Shown one piece after another: positions 20,918-31,845 of a stretch of 64,000 bases of DNA. The stretch comes from Terriglobia bacterium (GTDB taxonomy: Bacteria > Acidobacteriota > Terriglobia > 20CM-2-55-15). The notes under the pieces were generated by a model. The model was not told the origin of the DNA, ran no database searches, and saw nothing but the letters and a program-made list of their open reading frames with translations. The DNA lies in contig CAXWPJ010000012.1 of the NCBI GenBank assembly GCA_963664115.2, positions 224,001-288,000 on the forward strand. Direction: 5' to 3'. The translations under genes were made by a program, and so were the position numbers. The first letter of the stretch is position 1. Every line of letters starts with the position of its first letter.

Positions 20918-22428
20918 TATCTTGCGGTCTTGGTGAGTCCTGCCGAAGGCATCAGAGCAACCGAGAGCAGGCCAAGAATGCTCACAACGGTGCCTACTAT
21001 GAATACCCAGTGGAGTGAATTCGCCAGCATGGACTGGAATGCGATTACGAGTTCCGGAGATGCCGTGTCACGAATCGCGGGCTGCAAGAACGCGTTTGGA
21101 TCTTCAACCAGTTGTTGGAAACCCTGATCCACGCCAGATCCGACTCTGGATCCGATCGCTGCGATTTGGGTCGTCATGCCCCGTGCCATGACGGCACCCA
21201 TTATGGCCACACCGACTGCGCCTCCGATGCTTCGGAAGAACTGCGCCGTCGAGGTTGCAATTCCTAGCCGCTCACGGGACACAGAGGACTGAACGGCAAT
21301 GAGTTGCGTGATCATGACCAGGCCCATTCCCGACCCGACCAAGCCCACATTCCACAATACGTTGCGGATCTCAGTCTGGCTCGTCATCATGTCGAGCAAT
21401 ACGAATCCAGCGACCATGAGTAGCATGCCGGCCAACATGACCCACCGGAATTGAAACCACAGCAACAGCCGGCCACCGACAATCGAGAAGACCACCCACC
21501 CCATCAGAAGCGGCGTCAGGACGGAACCGGCACGCGTGGGGCCAGTCCCCATAACGCCCTGAACAAAAAGCGGGATGAACGAAATCAATCCGAATATTGC
21601 CATTCCGGAGAAAAATCCGTTGATAACCGAACAATAAACTACACGGTGGCGCAGAAGATCGACCGGTATCAGAGGCTCGTGGGCCCGCCTTTCCGCTCTG
21701 ACGAAAAAAGTCATAGCGATGATGGACGCCGCCGCGAGCGTGAGATTGGTTGACGAAAGCAACTGGAAGTTTTCTCCGCTACGGACCAGCAATAGCATCA
21801 GCAATGTCACCGATACTGTAAAGGAAAGCATGCCGAATATATCGATCTCCCTGCGCTTCCCTTCTGAGCGCTCTTCCACAAACTGCGTCCCGATGATGAT
21901 GGCCGCAGCGAGGCCAAAGGGAATATTCAGATAGAAAACCCACCTCCAGCTGATCTGTTCAGTGATGATGCCTCCCAACAAGGGGCCGACAATTGAGGCC
22001 AGGCCCCAAACTCCGCTAAAGTAGCCCTGGATTTTGGCTCGTTCGACAGGCGTATACAGCTCAGCGGCGATGGTCATGGCAAGCGGCAGGAGGCCACCCG
22101 CGCCCAGGCCTTGAATCGCACGAAAGGCGATGAGTTGAGTCATGGACTGGGCCTGTCCAGAGAGAACGGAGCCCAGGAGAAAAATAGTAATCGCCCACAG
22201 GTAGAGGGGTCGGCGGCCGTATAAATCGGAAAGCTTCCCCCAGGCAGGAACCGTCACGGTCGAGGCCAACAGGTAGGCTGAAAATACCCAACTATAGAGC
22301 TCAAGGCCACCAAGGGCGGAAATCACGGTCGGCATCGCAGTGCCGACAACCGTGGCCTCCATCGCCGCCAGAAACATTCCGATCAGTATGCCGATCGTAA
22401 CAGTGAGTCGCTTCGTGGAGGTTTGCAC
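20917..22428 (-). CDS. MFS drug-efflux transporter (14-TM DHA2/EmrB-like)
   Basis: WGKLSDLYGRR, RAIQGLGAGG, WRWVFYLNIP. Confidence 0.93.
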   Translation of the reverse strand: MQTSTKRLTVTIGILIGMFLAAMEATVVGTAMPTVISALGGLELYSWVFSAYLLASTVTVPAWGKLSDLYGRRPLYLWAITIFLLGSVLSGQAQSMTQLIAFRAIQGLGAGGLLPLAMTIAAELYTPVERAKIQGYFSGVWGLASIVGPLLGGIITEQISWRWVFYLNIPFGLAAAIIIGTQFVEERSEGKRREIDIFGMLSFTVSVTLLMLLLVRSGENFQLLSSTNLTLAAASIIAMTFFVRAERRAHEPLIPVDLLRHRVVYCSVINGFFSGMAIFGLISFIPLFVQGVMGTGPTRAGSVLTPLLMGWVVFSIVGGRLLLWFQFRWVMLAGMLLMVAGFVLLDMMTSQTEIRNVLWNVGLVGSGMGLVMITQLIAVQSSVSRERLGIATSTAQFFRSIGGAVGVAIMGAVMARGMTTQIAAIGSRVGSGVDQGFQQLVEDPNAFLQPAIRDTASPELVIAFQSMLANSLHWVFIVGTVVSILGLLSVALMPSAGLTKTAR

Positions 22429-22602
22429 AACTTCGATTCTTACGGAGGCAGATCGGGAAATTTACCGGAAAATCCGCGCGGCAAGAGATGTAAACGAAGT
22501 CGGAAACGGAGCCACCCCGCCTGCCGGATTCGACCGGCCGCGGGGTTTTCGGATACCTGGGAGGGCGGTGGTTCACGCGATGGACCACCGAATTCGAAAG
22601 CC

Positions 22603-22803
22603 TTACGCGGCCCTGTTCTTACCTTTAGTTCGCTTCTTTATTTTCCAGTGTGCAAAAGGATATTTGTGTCCACAGTTCGGACATTCCCAAGAACCCTGGC
22701 GGGCATCGGCGTCCGAACTGTGGAACATGCTGACGACGAGATGGCACTGTAGGCACATCGTCGGCTGGCTATCAATCCGTTTGCTTTCAATAACTTTGGC
22801 CAT
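22603..22803 (-). CDS. Small zinc-ribbon protein (66 aa)
   Basis: CLQC...CPNC, basic tail; internal ATG 22803; GC hairpin downstream near 22515-22545. Confidence 0.6.
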   Translation of the reverse strand: MAKVIESKRIDSQPTMCLQCHLVVSMFHSSDADARQGSWECPNCGHKYPFAHWKIKKRTKGKNRAA

Positions 22804-22992
22804 TTCTCTAAAGCCCTCGGTTAATGCCGGGCAAATCCCGATGAGTCGATCTATACCTGGCGTCAGGGTTTTAGACGGTTGAAATCCGAAAACCGCACCA
22901 TCCGCAGAAGATTTCGAACAAGAATAGCCGATCATTAGCACTTAAGCTACTGAAAAATCGACAGTTTCTCGCCCTTCAGACCAGAACAAACC

Positions 22993-24591
22993 ATGCTATC
23001 ATCCCGCTTTATGCGTCTCCCTGTAATCCCGATCGCGGTAGTCACGGTGTTGATGGCTGTCGTCGCAGGTCTTATTACGCTGGTCCCACCCGCCGAACGG
23101 TTCCTGGCAGCGCCCGTAGTCAGTGCCCTGATCGACATCGACGGTGTGGAAACCGACGTAGCCATTGCCCCCGACGGCATTCGGTATGCAGTCATCTCTT
23201 CAGGCAACCTCTGGTTCACCAATTCCGACAACGACACCCAGTTGCAACTGACCGATACGACGGCAATTGAGTCATCCCCGGCCTGGACTCCGGACGGGAG
23301 CCGGATCACGTTCACCCGCGATCAGGACACGTTCGTCGTTGAGCCAGAAAGTCGCGAAGAGACGCTATTCATGGCTGACGCAGCAGACCTCTCCTGGTCC
23401 GCAAGCGGCCAGACTACCTTCGTACGTGGAGGCGGACTCTGGGTCGCTAATCGGACCGGTACCGAGGCAATCGAAATTGTTCCTGCCAACTCCAATCCCG
23501 ACGTAATGATCCGAGTGCCCCGTTTTTCCCCGAGTGGAAGCCAGATCGTGTTCATCCTTACGATGCTCAATCTCCGCGGTGAAATCTGGATCGCCGACAC
23601 ATCGACCGGGGACGCGATTCCGATAATCGCGGACCGTAGCGCTGAAAATCCGACTGCGGCAGAATGGATCATCGACAATCGACACATCGCGTACATGACG
23701 GACCGGGCCGGGGGACTCGCGGTTTGGTATGCGGACCTCGACGAATCAACGATCGTTCCCTTGACCAAGCCCATGATGGGCCGCTCGCTGGCCCCCATAC
23801 GGATTGGCGTTCACGGTGGACGAATCATCTTGCCACGACACTTCATCGACTCCGATATCCGGACTTCTGAGGGCCAATCGTTGGTGGCAACAGGGCTTCT
23901 GGAGTTCGACCCAACAGTTTCACAGGACGGGGAGCTGATTGCCTACACGGTAGAAAACGAAAGCCGCTTCGAGATATGGGTCGCGCGTCGCGATGGGGGA
24001 GATCCCCGTTATGTAGCACTTGGAAGACATCCTCGCTTCTCGCCGAGCGGCAACCAAATTGTCTATTCGAGAATCGATTTGGACGGCAACAAAGACATTT
24101 GGAAAGTCGATGTTCGGACGGGAGTTCCGGAACAGCTCACTGATGCCGCCGAAATCGACGACGTGCCCGACTGGTCCCCAGACGGCCGCTCTATAGTTTT
24201 CTCTTCCGAGCGTGACGGCCAGCTGGCGCTCTGGACTGTTCCCGCGTCCGGCGGACAACGGCTCAAACTAAACGAGGGCGGGTACGCGCCCCGGTTCTCG
24301 CCTGACGGTACTCGCATTACTTATTGGTACGGAGCCGCTCTGTGGACTGCCGACTCGGATGGCAGCAATCCCGATCGGATCGCAGAAATTGACACGCCTG
24401 TTTTCGGCGTCTGGAGTCCTACCGGGCCGGTCTATTCAGAAAGAGGCCGGGTTCCGAGCAACAACAACGAAGAACTCCCCTTGGAAATCTGGCCATCGTT
24501 TGATCGCCTTCCAGGTGGCGGTTGGGTGGTTGCCGCGCTCGAAGTCGAAAAGACCGAACTCTGGGCCTTGGATCTCGTCTTTACGGAATAG
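22993..24591 (+). CDS. TolB-like PD40 beta-propeller protein
   Basis: Repeated P.WSPDG/FSPSG motifs, N-terminal TM. Confidence 0.88.
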   Translation: MLSSRFMRLPVIPIAVVTVLMAVVAGLITLVPPAERFLAAPVVSALIDIDGVETDVAIAPDGIRYAVISSGNLWFTNSDNDTQLQLTDTTAIESSPAWTPDGSRITFTRDQDTFVVEPESREETLFMADAADLSWSASGQTTFVRGGGLWVANRTGTEAIEIVPANSNPDVMIRVPRFSPSGSQIVFILTMLNLRGEIWIADTSTGDAIPIIADRSAENPTAAEWIIDNRHIAYMTDRAGGLAVWYADLDESTIVPLTKPMMGRSLAPIRIGVHGGRIILPRHFIDSDIRTSEGQSLVATGLLEFDPTVSQDGELIAYTVENESRFEIWVARRDGGDPRYVALGRHPRFSPSGNQIVYSRIDLDGNKDIWKVDVRTGVPEQLTDAAEIDDVPDWSPDGRSIVFSSERDGQLALWTVPASGGQRLKLNEGGYAPRFSPDGTRITYWYGAALWTADSDGSNPDRIAEIDTPVFGVWSPTGPVYSERGRVPSNNNEELPLEIWPSFDRLPGGGWVVAALEVEKTELWALDLVFTE

Positions 24592-24595
24592 CACG

Positions 24596-25345
24596 TTGGA
24601 TTTCGAAAGCAAGGTCGTTGTCGTGACCGGTGCCACCAGCGGCATCGGACACGCCGCAGCTCTGGGCTTCGCCAGAGTGGGCGCGACTGTGGCAGGCATC
24701 GGAAGAGATTCCTCCACCCTGGACGACTTGTCCAGCAAGGGCATACGGAGTTATCGAGCCGATCTGACTTTGGAAAACGAAACGTCTGAAGTCGTGAAAG
24801 CCGTGGTGGGAGACCTCGGCGGCATTGACGTGCTCGTGAACGCTGCGGGCATTATCGCAACCGGAACCATCGAAAACACATCGTTGCCAGACTACGACAC
24901 GATGATGGGTATCAACGTCCGTTCTATTTTCCATCTCATGCAACTATGCCTGCCATCAATCACTGAGAGAACAGGGAACATCGTCAATGTATCGAGCGTC
25001 ACGGGCCTGCGTGCTTTCCCCGGAGTTCTGGCTTACTGTGTCAGCAAGGCGGCGCTGGATCAACTGACGCGTTGCGCTGCCTTAGAATTGGCTTCCATAG
25101 GGGTACGGGTCAACGCGGTCAATCCTGGCGTCGTACGGACAAACCTGCATGTGCGCTCGGGTATGGGATCGGAAGCCTATGACGCTTTCGTTGAGCACGG
25201 TAAGACCACACATCCGATCGGGCGCATCGGAAAGCCTGAGGAGGTCGCTGAACTGATCATGTACCTGGCCTCGGATCTCGCCGGATGGATCACCGGTACC
25301 ACCTACTCGATTGACGGCGGCCGCGCCGAAACCTGCGCAAGATAA
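24596..25345 (+). CDS. Short-chain dehydrogenase/reductase
   Basis: TGATSGIG, NAAG, YCVSK, VNPG; probable TTG start 24596. Confidence 0.93.
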   Translation: MDFESKVVVVTGATSGIGHAAALGFARVGATVAGIGRDSSTLDDLSSKGIRSYRADLTLENETSEVVKAVVGDLGGIDVLVNAAGIIATGTIENTSLPDYDTMMGINVRSIFHLMQLCLPSITERTGNIVNVSSVTGLRAFPGVLAYCVSKAALDQLTRCAALELASIGVRVNAVNPGVVRTNLHVRSGMGSEAYDAFVEHGKTTHPIGRIGKPEEVAELIMYLASDLAGWITGTTYSIDGGRAETCAR

Positions 25346-25354
25346 GAGGGATCA

Positions 25355-25508
25355 ACCGCAAAGGCGCAAAGACGCAAAGCAAGATAGGCTGCGTAAAATT
25401 CTGAGGGAGGAACCCTCTGTGGGTTCCCAACCCAATTGCCCTAGGTCGAACGAGACATAAGCAACCTGTCCTGTCTTTTCCTCCTTTGCGTCTTTGCGAC
25501 TTTGCGGT
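25355..25508. repeat. Element with 25-bp inverted repeats built of CGCAAAG units
   Basis: ACCGCAAAGGCGCAAAGACGCAAAG (25355-25379) vs reverse complement of 25484-25508, 24/25 identical. Confidence 0.85.
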
Positions 25509-25579
25509 GAATATCCGATGCTTCTATCCGCAGACGGGAACGATAATGACGCGTGTATTCAGTTCGTGGATAGTTCCGG

Positions 25580-25650
25580 AGCACTCTCACGTCGACGGGC
25601 AACACTCCCTACAGTAAATCGAGATCGTCAGTAATTTCAGTCCTCGGCAT
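25580..25650 (-). pseudogene. 5' remnant resembling a Ycf45/SpoIIIAA-like AAA-R3H gene
   Basis: MPRTEITDDLDLL*GVLPVDVR; resemblance from memory, in-frame TAG. Confidence 0.4.
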
Positions 25651-25799
25651 GATTTCTCGTCGCCGCCACTCGGCCACTCGGGCTGCCTGCCTCTGCTATA
25701 GTAAGAACCAGGGAGAGTGATTTAAAAAAGGCAATGGCAGTGTTTCGATAGTCGCAAGCATGGCTCAGCGGAAACGGGTCTCGCGAGGAAGAGAAAGAG

Positions 25800-26141
25800 G
25801 TGGGTTTCCGGCTGCGGAGTCTTGAGGATTGGTCTCGCATGCTCGGGTCGTCCAAAACCCGGACTGTCCTCGTATTCAAGCACAGCACGATCTGCGGCAT
25901 CAGTTCCAGCGTCCTTGCCGAAGTCGAGGGGTTTCTGTCGCAACATCGGAACGTTCCATTCGGCATCGTAAATGTTGTCGAGGATCGAGACCTATCCGAT
26001 GTAATCGCAGATCGCACCCGAATACGCCACGAATCACCCCAGATGATAGCCATCGTTAACGAACGACCGATCTGGCACGCCGCCCACTGGTCAATCGACC
26101 TCAACGAACTCGAACGGTTCCTCGCCAACACGGCGGAGTGA
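25800..26141 (+). CDS. YtxJ/BrxC-like monothiol thioredoxin-fold protein
   Basis: FKHSTICGIS, IRHESPQ, WHAAH. Confidence 0.88.
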   Translation: MGFRLRSLEDWSRMLGSSKTRTVLVFKHSTICGISSSVLAEVEGFLSQHRNVPFGIVNVVEDRDLSDVIADRTRIRHESPQMIAIVNERPIWHAAHWSIDLNELERFLANTAE

Positions 26142-26221
26142 CGCACCCGGTAGGCAAGTCCTGAATCTCCTGGCCAAAACGCGGTGAGCACTGTGGAAGA
26201 AATAACTGAAGGGTCTCGATA

Positions 26222-28252
26222 ATGGCCGGTCCCCGTTTTACAAATCACCTCGCCGCCGAATCCAGCCCCTACCTCTTGCAGCACGCCCATAATCCCGTGA
26301 ACTGGTTCCCGTGGGGCGAGGCTGCGCTGCGAAAAGCAAAAGAAGAAGACAAACCAATTCTCCTCAGCATCGGATATTCGGCCTGTCACTGGTGTCACGT
26401 GATGGAACACGAATCGTTCGAAGAAACCTCCATTGCCGAGCAGATGAATAATAATTTCATCAATATCAAGGTCGACCGGGAAGAGCGGCCCGATCTGGAT
26501 CAGATTTACATGAGCGCCGTCCAGTTGATGACCGGGAGCGGTGGCTGGCCACTCACGATCTTCCTGACGCCCGATGCCAAGCCCTTCTATGGAGGCACCT
26601 ATTTCCCCCCTGACGACCACTACAACAGACCCGGATTCCGGCGAGTTCTCGCCACGATCTCAGAGGCCTACCGGGAGCGGCGAAACGAGGTCGTCAAGAA
26701 CGCGCAGACACTCATTGAACAGATAAACTCACAGTCCGCCCGCGCCGACACCAACGGCCAGATCGACCTGGAACTTATTGAGCAGGCCCAGAGGGGAATC
26801 GCTTCGAACTTCGACACAAACCATGGGGGCTTCGGCTCCGCACCAAAGTTCCCGCCGGGTATGACAATCGATTTCCTCCTGCGTCATCATCACAGAACGG
26901 ATAACGAGACCTCTCTTCGTATGGCCAACCTCACTCTCCACAAAATGGCTTTTGGTGGGATCTACGATCAACTGGCCGGCGGATTCCACCGATACTCTAC
27001 CGACGAACGATGGCTCGCCCCGCACTTTGAAAAGATGCTCTATGACAACGCACTATTGGGCCGCGTTTACATCGATGCCTTTCAGGTCACCGGCTTGCCT
27101 CTTTATCAAAGGATAGTCGAAGGAACTCTCGATTTCGTGGTACGCGAGATGCGGGCGCCTGAAGGCGGCTTCTACTCAACTCTTGACGCGGACAGTGAGG
27201 GTGTTGAAGGAAAGTTCTACGTGTGGGATCAAGACGAATTCGAGGACGTTGTGGGCCCGAACGCGGACATCCTCGCCCGATATCTCGATGTCACCGAACA
27301 CGGCAACTTCGAAGGGCACAATATCCTGAACGTTCCACTCTTCCCCGATGCTTTTGCAAAAGCTGAAGGTATCTCTTCCGAGCGGCTGGGGGAATGGATG
27401 AACGACGCCCGCCTAGGCCTGCTGGAACGTCGCGAAACACGTGTGCGGCCCGGTCGGGACGAAAAGATTCTGACCGACTGGAACGGGTTGATGCTGCGAA
27501 CCTACGCAGATGCGGCAGCGTGTTTTGCCCGCGCCGACTATCAGCAGGTCGCGGAATCGAACGCTGAATTCATGCTTTCAGTAATGTGGGACGGCAAGGG
27601 ACTCCTGCATTCGTTCAAGGACGGTGAAGCTCGATTCAACGCTTACCTCGACGACTATGCCAATTTGGCCCACGGCCTGCTCGGACTCTATGAACTGACC
27701 TTCGAACAACGGTGGCTCCAGGAATGCGTTCAGCTGATGGAACATACGATTGACAATTTCTGGGATGAACAACACGGAGGTTTCTTCTTTACCAGCAACG
27801 ATCATGAGGCCCTGGTGGCCCGTACGAAAGAATACTTCGACAACGCGACACCCTCTGGAAATTCGGTAGCCGCTGATCTGCTGGCACGCCTCGGCAAACT
27901 TCTGGACCGACCCGATTTCACGGACAAATCGGAACGAATTTGCCAGAGCGTCAGCGATTATATTCGCCGGTTTCCTTCCGGATTCGGGAGAATGCTCGCC
28001 GCAGGCGACTTCCTGACGGGCCCGTCGCAGGAAGTGGCTCTCATTGGACAACCCGATGCTTTCTTACCGGCACTGAGAAGGCTCTACCTTCCTCGAACCG
28101 TCGTCGCTGCAGGCGATTCGGACAACATCGCGCTGCTCAAGAACCGGGAGGCTGTCGATGGCAAGCCTACGGCGTATGTGTGTAAAAACTACGTGTGCAA
28201 CGAACCGACCACGGAAGCATCGGTTTTTGAAAACCTTCTCAAAAAGCCGTGA
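26222..28252 (+). CDS. YyaL/SSP411 thioredoxin plus (alpha/alpha)6 domain protein
   Basis: [43 protein letters not shown]. Confidence 0.95.
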   Translation: MAGPRFTNHLAAESSPYLLQHAHNPVNWFPWGEAALRKAKEEDKPILLSIGYSACHWCHVMEHESFEETSIAEQMNNNFINIKVDREERPDLDQIYMSAVQLMTGSGGWPLTIFLTPDAKPFYGGTYFPPDDHYNRPGFRRVLATISEAYRERRNEVVKNAQTLIEQINSQSARADTNGQIDLELIEQAQRGIASNFDTNHGGFGSAPKFPPGMTIDFLLRHHHRTDNETSLRMANLTLHKMAFGGIYDQLAGGFHRYSTDERWLAPHFEKMLYDNALLGRVYIDAFQVTGLPLYQRIVEGTLDFVVREMRAPEGGFYSTLDADSEGVEGKFYVWDQDEFEDVVGPNADILARYLDVTEHGNFEGHNILNVPLFPDAFAKAEGISSERLGEWMNDARLGLLERRETRVRPGRDEKILTDWNGLMLRTYADAAACFARADYQQVAESNAEFMLSVMWDGKGLLHSFKDGEARFNAYLDDYANLAHGLLGLYELTFEQRWLQECVQLMEHTIDNFWDEQHGGFFFTSNDHEALVARTKEYFDNATPSGNSVAADLLARLGKLLDRPDFTDKSERICQSVSDYIRRFPSGFGRMLAAGDFLTGPSQEVALIGQPDAFLPALRRLYLPRTVVAAGDSDNIALLKNREAVDGKPTAYVCKNYVCNEPTTEASVFENLLKKP

Positions 28253-28581
28253 CGTGGAACGATTTCATGGACCGAATGCGTCGCGCGGGCCTCAACCCGT
28301 ATGAAGAAGACTTCATGGACGACTACGGCACACTGGCAAGTCGCAAGTACGCCGTGCTCGAAGGGCGCTATTTTCGATGCATGTTTGCGGCGACGCGAGT
28401 CGAGGGATTCCGTTTCGAGACCTACGTCTTTCCGTCCGCGACGGACGCAAACGAATTTAAAGAATTGATGGCAGAAAATACACAATGGCGGCGGCGTGGC
28501 AATCTAGTCTTGCACGGAGCACCGGAACATCTGGACCAGCTCGACAAGGTTCTTCCACAGACCTTCAGCAGCGAATATTGA
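28249..28581 (+). CDS. Hypothetical protein
   Basis: GTGA overlap with YyaL stop; coding-like composition. Confidence 0.7.
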   Translation: MTWNDFMDRMRRAGLNPYEEDFMDDYGTLASRKYAVLEGRYFRCMFAATRVEGFRFETYVFPSATDANEFKELMAENTQWRRRGNLVLHGAPEHLDQLDKVLPQTFSSEY

Positions 28582-28643
28582 CCTCTATCAACAAAGTCGG
28601 ACTGATTCGTGTGGCACGGGCCATCAAAACAGATGCTCGGATT

Positions 28644-29867
28644 TTATTCGGCGAATTCGATACGATTTTCAGTGACCTGTCCCAAGGTCTCAAGACGGAA
28701 CTGGGGGCCCCGGATAAAGCGTGAAAAATCGTCCCGTAGGTCTGCGGCGATGGGTTTCGGCGGGTCCGCACGTACGGTCCTGGGATCGATTACACGACTG
28801 TTAACGGTCATCCGGTAATCGAGGTGTGGGCCAGTCGCCGTGCCGGTCATTCCGACACGTCCGATCGTATCTTTCTGTACCACCCGCTCCCCCACGCTTA
28901 CCGCAATCGAAGACAGATGGGCGTATGAGGTCGTCATCCCGTTTGGATGACGGAGCGTTACCATGCGACCGAAACCACCATTCGTCCCGGCAAAAATTAC
29001 GGTACCGGTCGACACCGCCCACACGGGTGTTCCTGTGGGTGCAGCGTAGTCGACCCCAAGATGAGGCCGGACGGTGTTGTAAATCGGGTGGAGCCGGTTA
29101 TAGCTGAATCCCGAGCTAATACGGGTAAATTGCAATGGCGACGGAAGCAGAGAGCGTCGAGCGCTCATACCATTCTCGTCGTAATACTCCTCGCGGAACC
29201 GGTAAGCCTGCATGGGCTTTCCCTTGTTCACGAATTCCGCTGCAACCACGGGACCGTATTTCACAAATTGACCGTCGTGATATTTCGCATCGACAATCAA
29301 GCGGATGGCATCACCGGAACGAAGGTCTTTGTAGAAGTCGACCTGTGCCTCGAAGATGCTAGCCAGCTCCATAACCAGCCAGTCTCCCTTAGGAAAGCCT
29401 TCCAGAGCGCCCCAAAGAGAACTGACAACCGTCGCGGATATCGTGTCAGTCCGGGTTTCGAGCGGCAATGCCTCAACTCTGGCAATGAACCCATCGTCGT
29501 TTCGCACAACCTTGAGTACGCTCTCGTCGTCAACGGAATACTCGAACGTCAGGAGGTCGCCATCGGGTTCCACCAGCAAGCGGTATGAACGTCCCGGCCG
29601 AAAACTCCGAACGTTGAAGACGGAACCTACGGCCTCACCGATGGCGTAAGACACCGCGTGTGATACATCGTGTCCGACAAGAGTGGTCGAAAGAGTCTCG
29701 TTACGCTCGAACATTCCCTCGACGAATACGGGAGGTGGAGGGATCGCTTCTCTCACCGACGCTGCCTCGGCCAGCAGCTCGACTTCCAGGTTGCGTGGCA
29801 CCGCAACCACGACGACGGCTAAGAAAAGGACCCAAACGCAGCCCACGTGACACTTGTAAACACCCAT
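28644..29867 (-). CDS. M23 family peptidoglycan endopeptidase (MepM-like)
   Basis: RPHLGVDYAAPTGTP, YAHLS, ATGPHLDY; GGAG RBS before ATG 29867. Confidence 0.93.
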   Translation of the reverse strand: MGVYKCHVGCVWVLFLAVVVVAVPRNLEVELLAEAASVREAIPPPPVFVEGMFERNETLSTTLVGHDVSHAVSYAIGEAVGSVFNVRSFRPGRSYRLLVEPDGDLLTFEYSVDDESVLKVVRNDDGFIARVEALPLETRTDTISATVVSSLWGALEGFPKGDWLVMELASIFEAQVDFYKDLRSGDAIRLIVDAKYHDGQFVKYGPVVAAEFVNKGKPMQAYRFREEYYDENGMSARRSLLPSPLQFTRISSGFSYNRLHPIYNTVRPHLGVDYAAPTGTPVWAVSTGTVIFAGTNGGFGRMVTLRHPNGMTTSYAHLSSIAVSVGERVVQKDTIGRVGMTGTATGPHLDYRMTVNSRVIDPRTVRADPPKPIAADLRDDFSRFIRGPQFRLETLGQVTENRIEFAE

Positions 29868-29892
29868 CCGTTCTCCAGGCGAAAGGTCTTTC

Positions 29893-29939
29893 AAAAAAAA
29901 AGCCTGATCTCGAAACCCTCAGGGTTCCCAGTGTCAGGC
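29893..29939 (-). terminator. Intrinsic terminator-like hairpin in the 5' leader of the M23 gene
   Basis: GCCTGA...GGAACCC-TGA-GGGTTTC...TCAGGC followed by T9 on minus strand. Confidence 0.7.
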
Positions 29940-29940
29940 G

Positions 29941-29973
29941 CTACCAAATCGTCACAAAAAGACGACGACGCAT
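29941..29973 (-). CDS. Candidate leader peptide MRRRLFVTIW
   Basis: ATG CGT CGT CGT CTT TTT GTG ACG ATT TGG TAG, SD-like AAGGTG upstream, 1 nt before the terminator stem. Confidence 0.35.
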   Translation of the reverse strand: MRRRLFVTIW

Positions 29974-30270
29974 ATTTTACACCTTTCCACAAAAATGTGA
30001 ACACTTATAAGTCGTGTCCTTGAGGGGGGATACTCCGTTTTCAGATATCGGAAGTCGTAGTCAGTTGAAAGAGATGGGGCGACAACTAACCTGTATCACG
30101 CGAAAGTTAAGACGCTTGGAAGCCTTTCTGAATCAATTAACGACCGCGGGCCCGCGACGTCCAACACATCGTCAGCCCGATGTGTACGCCACAGAAGTAA
30201 GGAATTTTTCCTTGCAATTGTGCCCCCAACGGTTATTCAATCTTACATATCGATTTGGAGGGATGATCAA

Positions 30271-30567
30271 TTGAGGAACGGCATTGTCTCCGCACTGATG
30301 CTCGCGACCGCTTGCGGTTTGATTTGTACGCCTGCGATCCTCGCCGGGATGCAGGAGACCGAACAGGCCGAACAAGCAGAGCCGGCCAACGAACGCGCGA
30401 TCGATCCGGTTTGCAACATCGCCGTACGGCGAGACCCCGATTTATCGGCTGAATACCAAGGGAAGACCTACTACTTCTGCATGAAGGCCGACATGGAAGC
30501 TTTCAAGAAAGATCCGGATAAATACCTCGAGGGCAGTGACCACACCCATCCCGACCCTTCGGGATAA
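30271..30567 (+). CDS. Secreted YHS-domain protein
   Basis: GGAGG RBS plus TTG, signal peptide, DPVC...YQGKTYYFC...F..DP.KY. Confidence 0.85.
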   Translation: MRNGIVSALMLATACGLICTPAILAGMQETEQAEQAEPANERAIDPVCNIAVRRDPDLSAEYQGKTYYFCMKADMEAFKKDPDKYLEGSDHTHPDPSG

Positions 30568-30570
30568 TCC

Positions 30571-31845
30571 TTATATTCCCCGCCGCGTACCCGTCTCTTC
30601 CGAGCCCATCTCTGCCGGACCTGTCTTGATCGATGTGCCCGGGTAGTAGTGCTCGAGAATCTCTTCATAAGAAAAGCCACCAAGGGCCATCACTCCAGCG
30701 CCAATTTGACACAGTCCCACTCCGTGCCCCCATCCGGCACCGATGAGGGTTATCCCTCCCGGGTTTCGGTCCACGACGAAAGCAGAACTGTACAGGTGTG
30801 AGGGTGATAACACGCGACGGATTTCGAGCTCCTTTCCGATATTCAGCGCACCGGCGCTGCCTTCGATCCTGAGCCGGACAATCCGTCCGGACGCACCCCT
30901 CTCCAGAGCCGTCAGTTTGAGCTTCCCTCCCACATCAACACCGGTACGGGTGTGCACGAGTTCGGCCAGTTCGCTGAAAGAATAGTCGACCCGCCAACGA
31001 TAGAAATCGATGGTCTCCTGATCGAATCCGGGAAGAATCCGAGCAAGCAAATCGGGATCCCGGGTGTTGCAGTACGCATCCGGTCGCGCACGAATCCAGT
31101 CGGGGTCGACATCGGGAATGCTTCCCAGCCCGTCAAATACTGGTGTCAGGTACGGCACCGCACGATCGTCCCACGCCGACCTATAATCTTCGCTTACACC
31201 CCCACAGCATTTTGAAAAGCGTGCGTCACACACGTCTCCGTCAAAGAACAAAAACCGTCCCGCTGTTTCGCGAACCGCCCGATGTGTGGCTTCAGATTTG
31301 TCAGAATCAAACCCCTGGTAACGTTGGCAGTGGTCGTCCCCGCAGACGTCGAATCGGTCGTGTGACTCCTTGCCGTACCAGCATAAGATTTCCCACTCGG
31401 CGGGACCGGTCCGTTTTTGGGAACGAAACGCCTGACCGCGATCGCTATAACGAATCTGAGATAGGAGCCAGCTTCTCGAAATCACCGCATGCGCCTTCAG
31501 CAGCTCCGGAGGACTGTTCGCGCTCATCTCGGACGCAATCACGCTCTCAACGTATGCATCGAGTTCCACATCATTGATAAGCGTCAGGCCATCGGCGGTC
31601 TCCACAATGCGTAATCCTCCCCGAAACCCCTGACGCTGCTGACGCTGCCAATGAAAGCCGACTCCGATGGTCACGTCGTCAACCGTAAAGGAATCAGTTT
31701 CCGGATCCGACGGGTTCAGATCGATCGCCGTATTGAAATCGTATGCGCCCGGGGCGTAGGTTTGACCGGACGCACTCTTGAATGCGCCGCTGAGCGCAAC
31801 GCGATATGCGGAACGTCCTTCAACGAGTCCAACCGCTATGTTCAC
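30571..31845 (-). CDS. SpoIID/LytB-domain protein
   Basis: VIASEM, KAHAVISRS, DDHCQRYQG, GWGHGVGLCQIGA; GTG start overlaps upstream TGA. Confidence 0.92.
   Translation of the reverse strand: MNIAVGLVEGRSAYRVALSGAFKSASGQTYAPGAYDFNTAIDLNPSDPETDSFTVDDVTIGVGFHWQRQQRQGFRGGLRIVETADGLTLINDVELDAYVESVIASEMSANSPPELLKAHAVISRSWLLSQIRYSDRGQAFRSQKRTGPAEWEILCWYGKESHDRFDVCGDDHCQRYQGFDSDKSEATHRAVRETAGRFLFFDGDVCDARFSKCCGGVSEDYRSAWDDRAVPYLTPVFDGLGSIPDVDPDWIRARPDAYCNTRDPDLLARILPGFDQETIDFYRWRVDYSFSELAELVHTRTGVDVGGKLKLTALERGASGRIVRLRIEGSAGALNIGKELEIRRVLSPSHLYSSAFVVDRNPGGITLIGAGWGHGVGLCQIGAGVMALGGFSYEEILEHYYPGTSIKTGPAEMGSEETGTRRGI

Noticed and set aside
20941-20950. TGCCGAAGGC matching the tRNA-Leu 3' end as an att site
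   Set aside because: Only 10 nt, inside the MFS gene, and no integrase is present.
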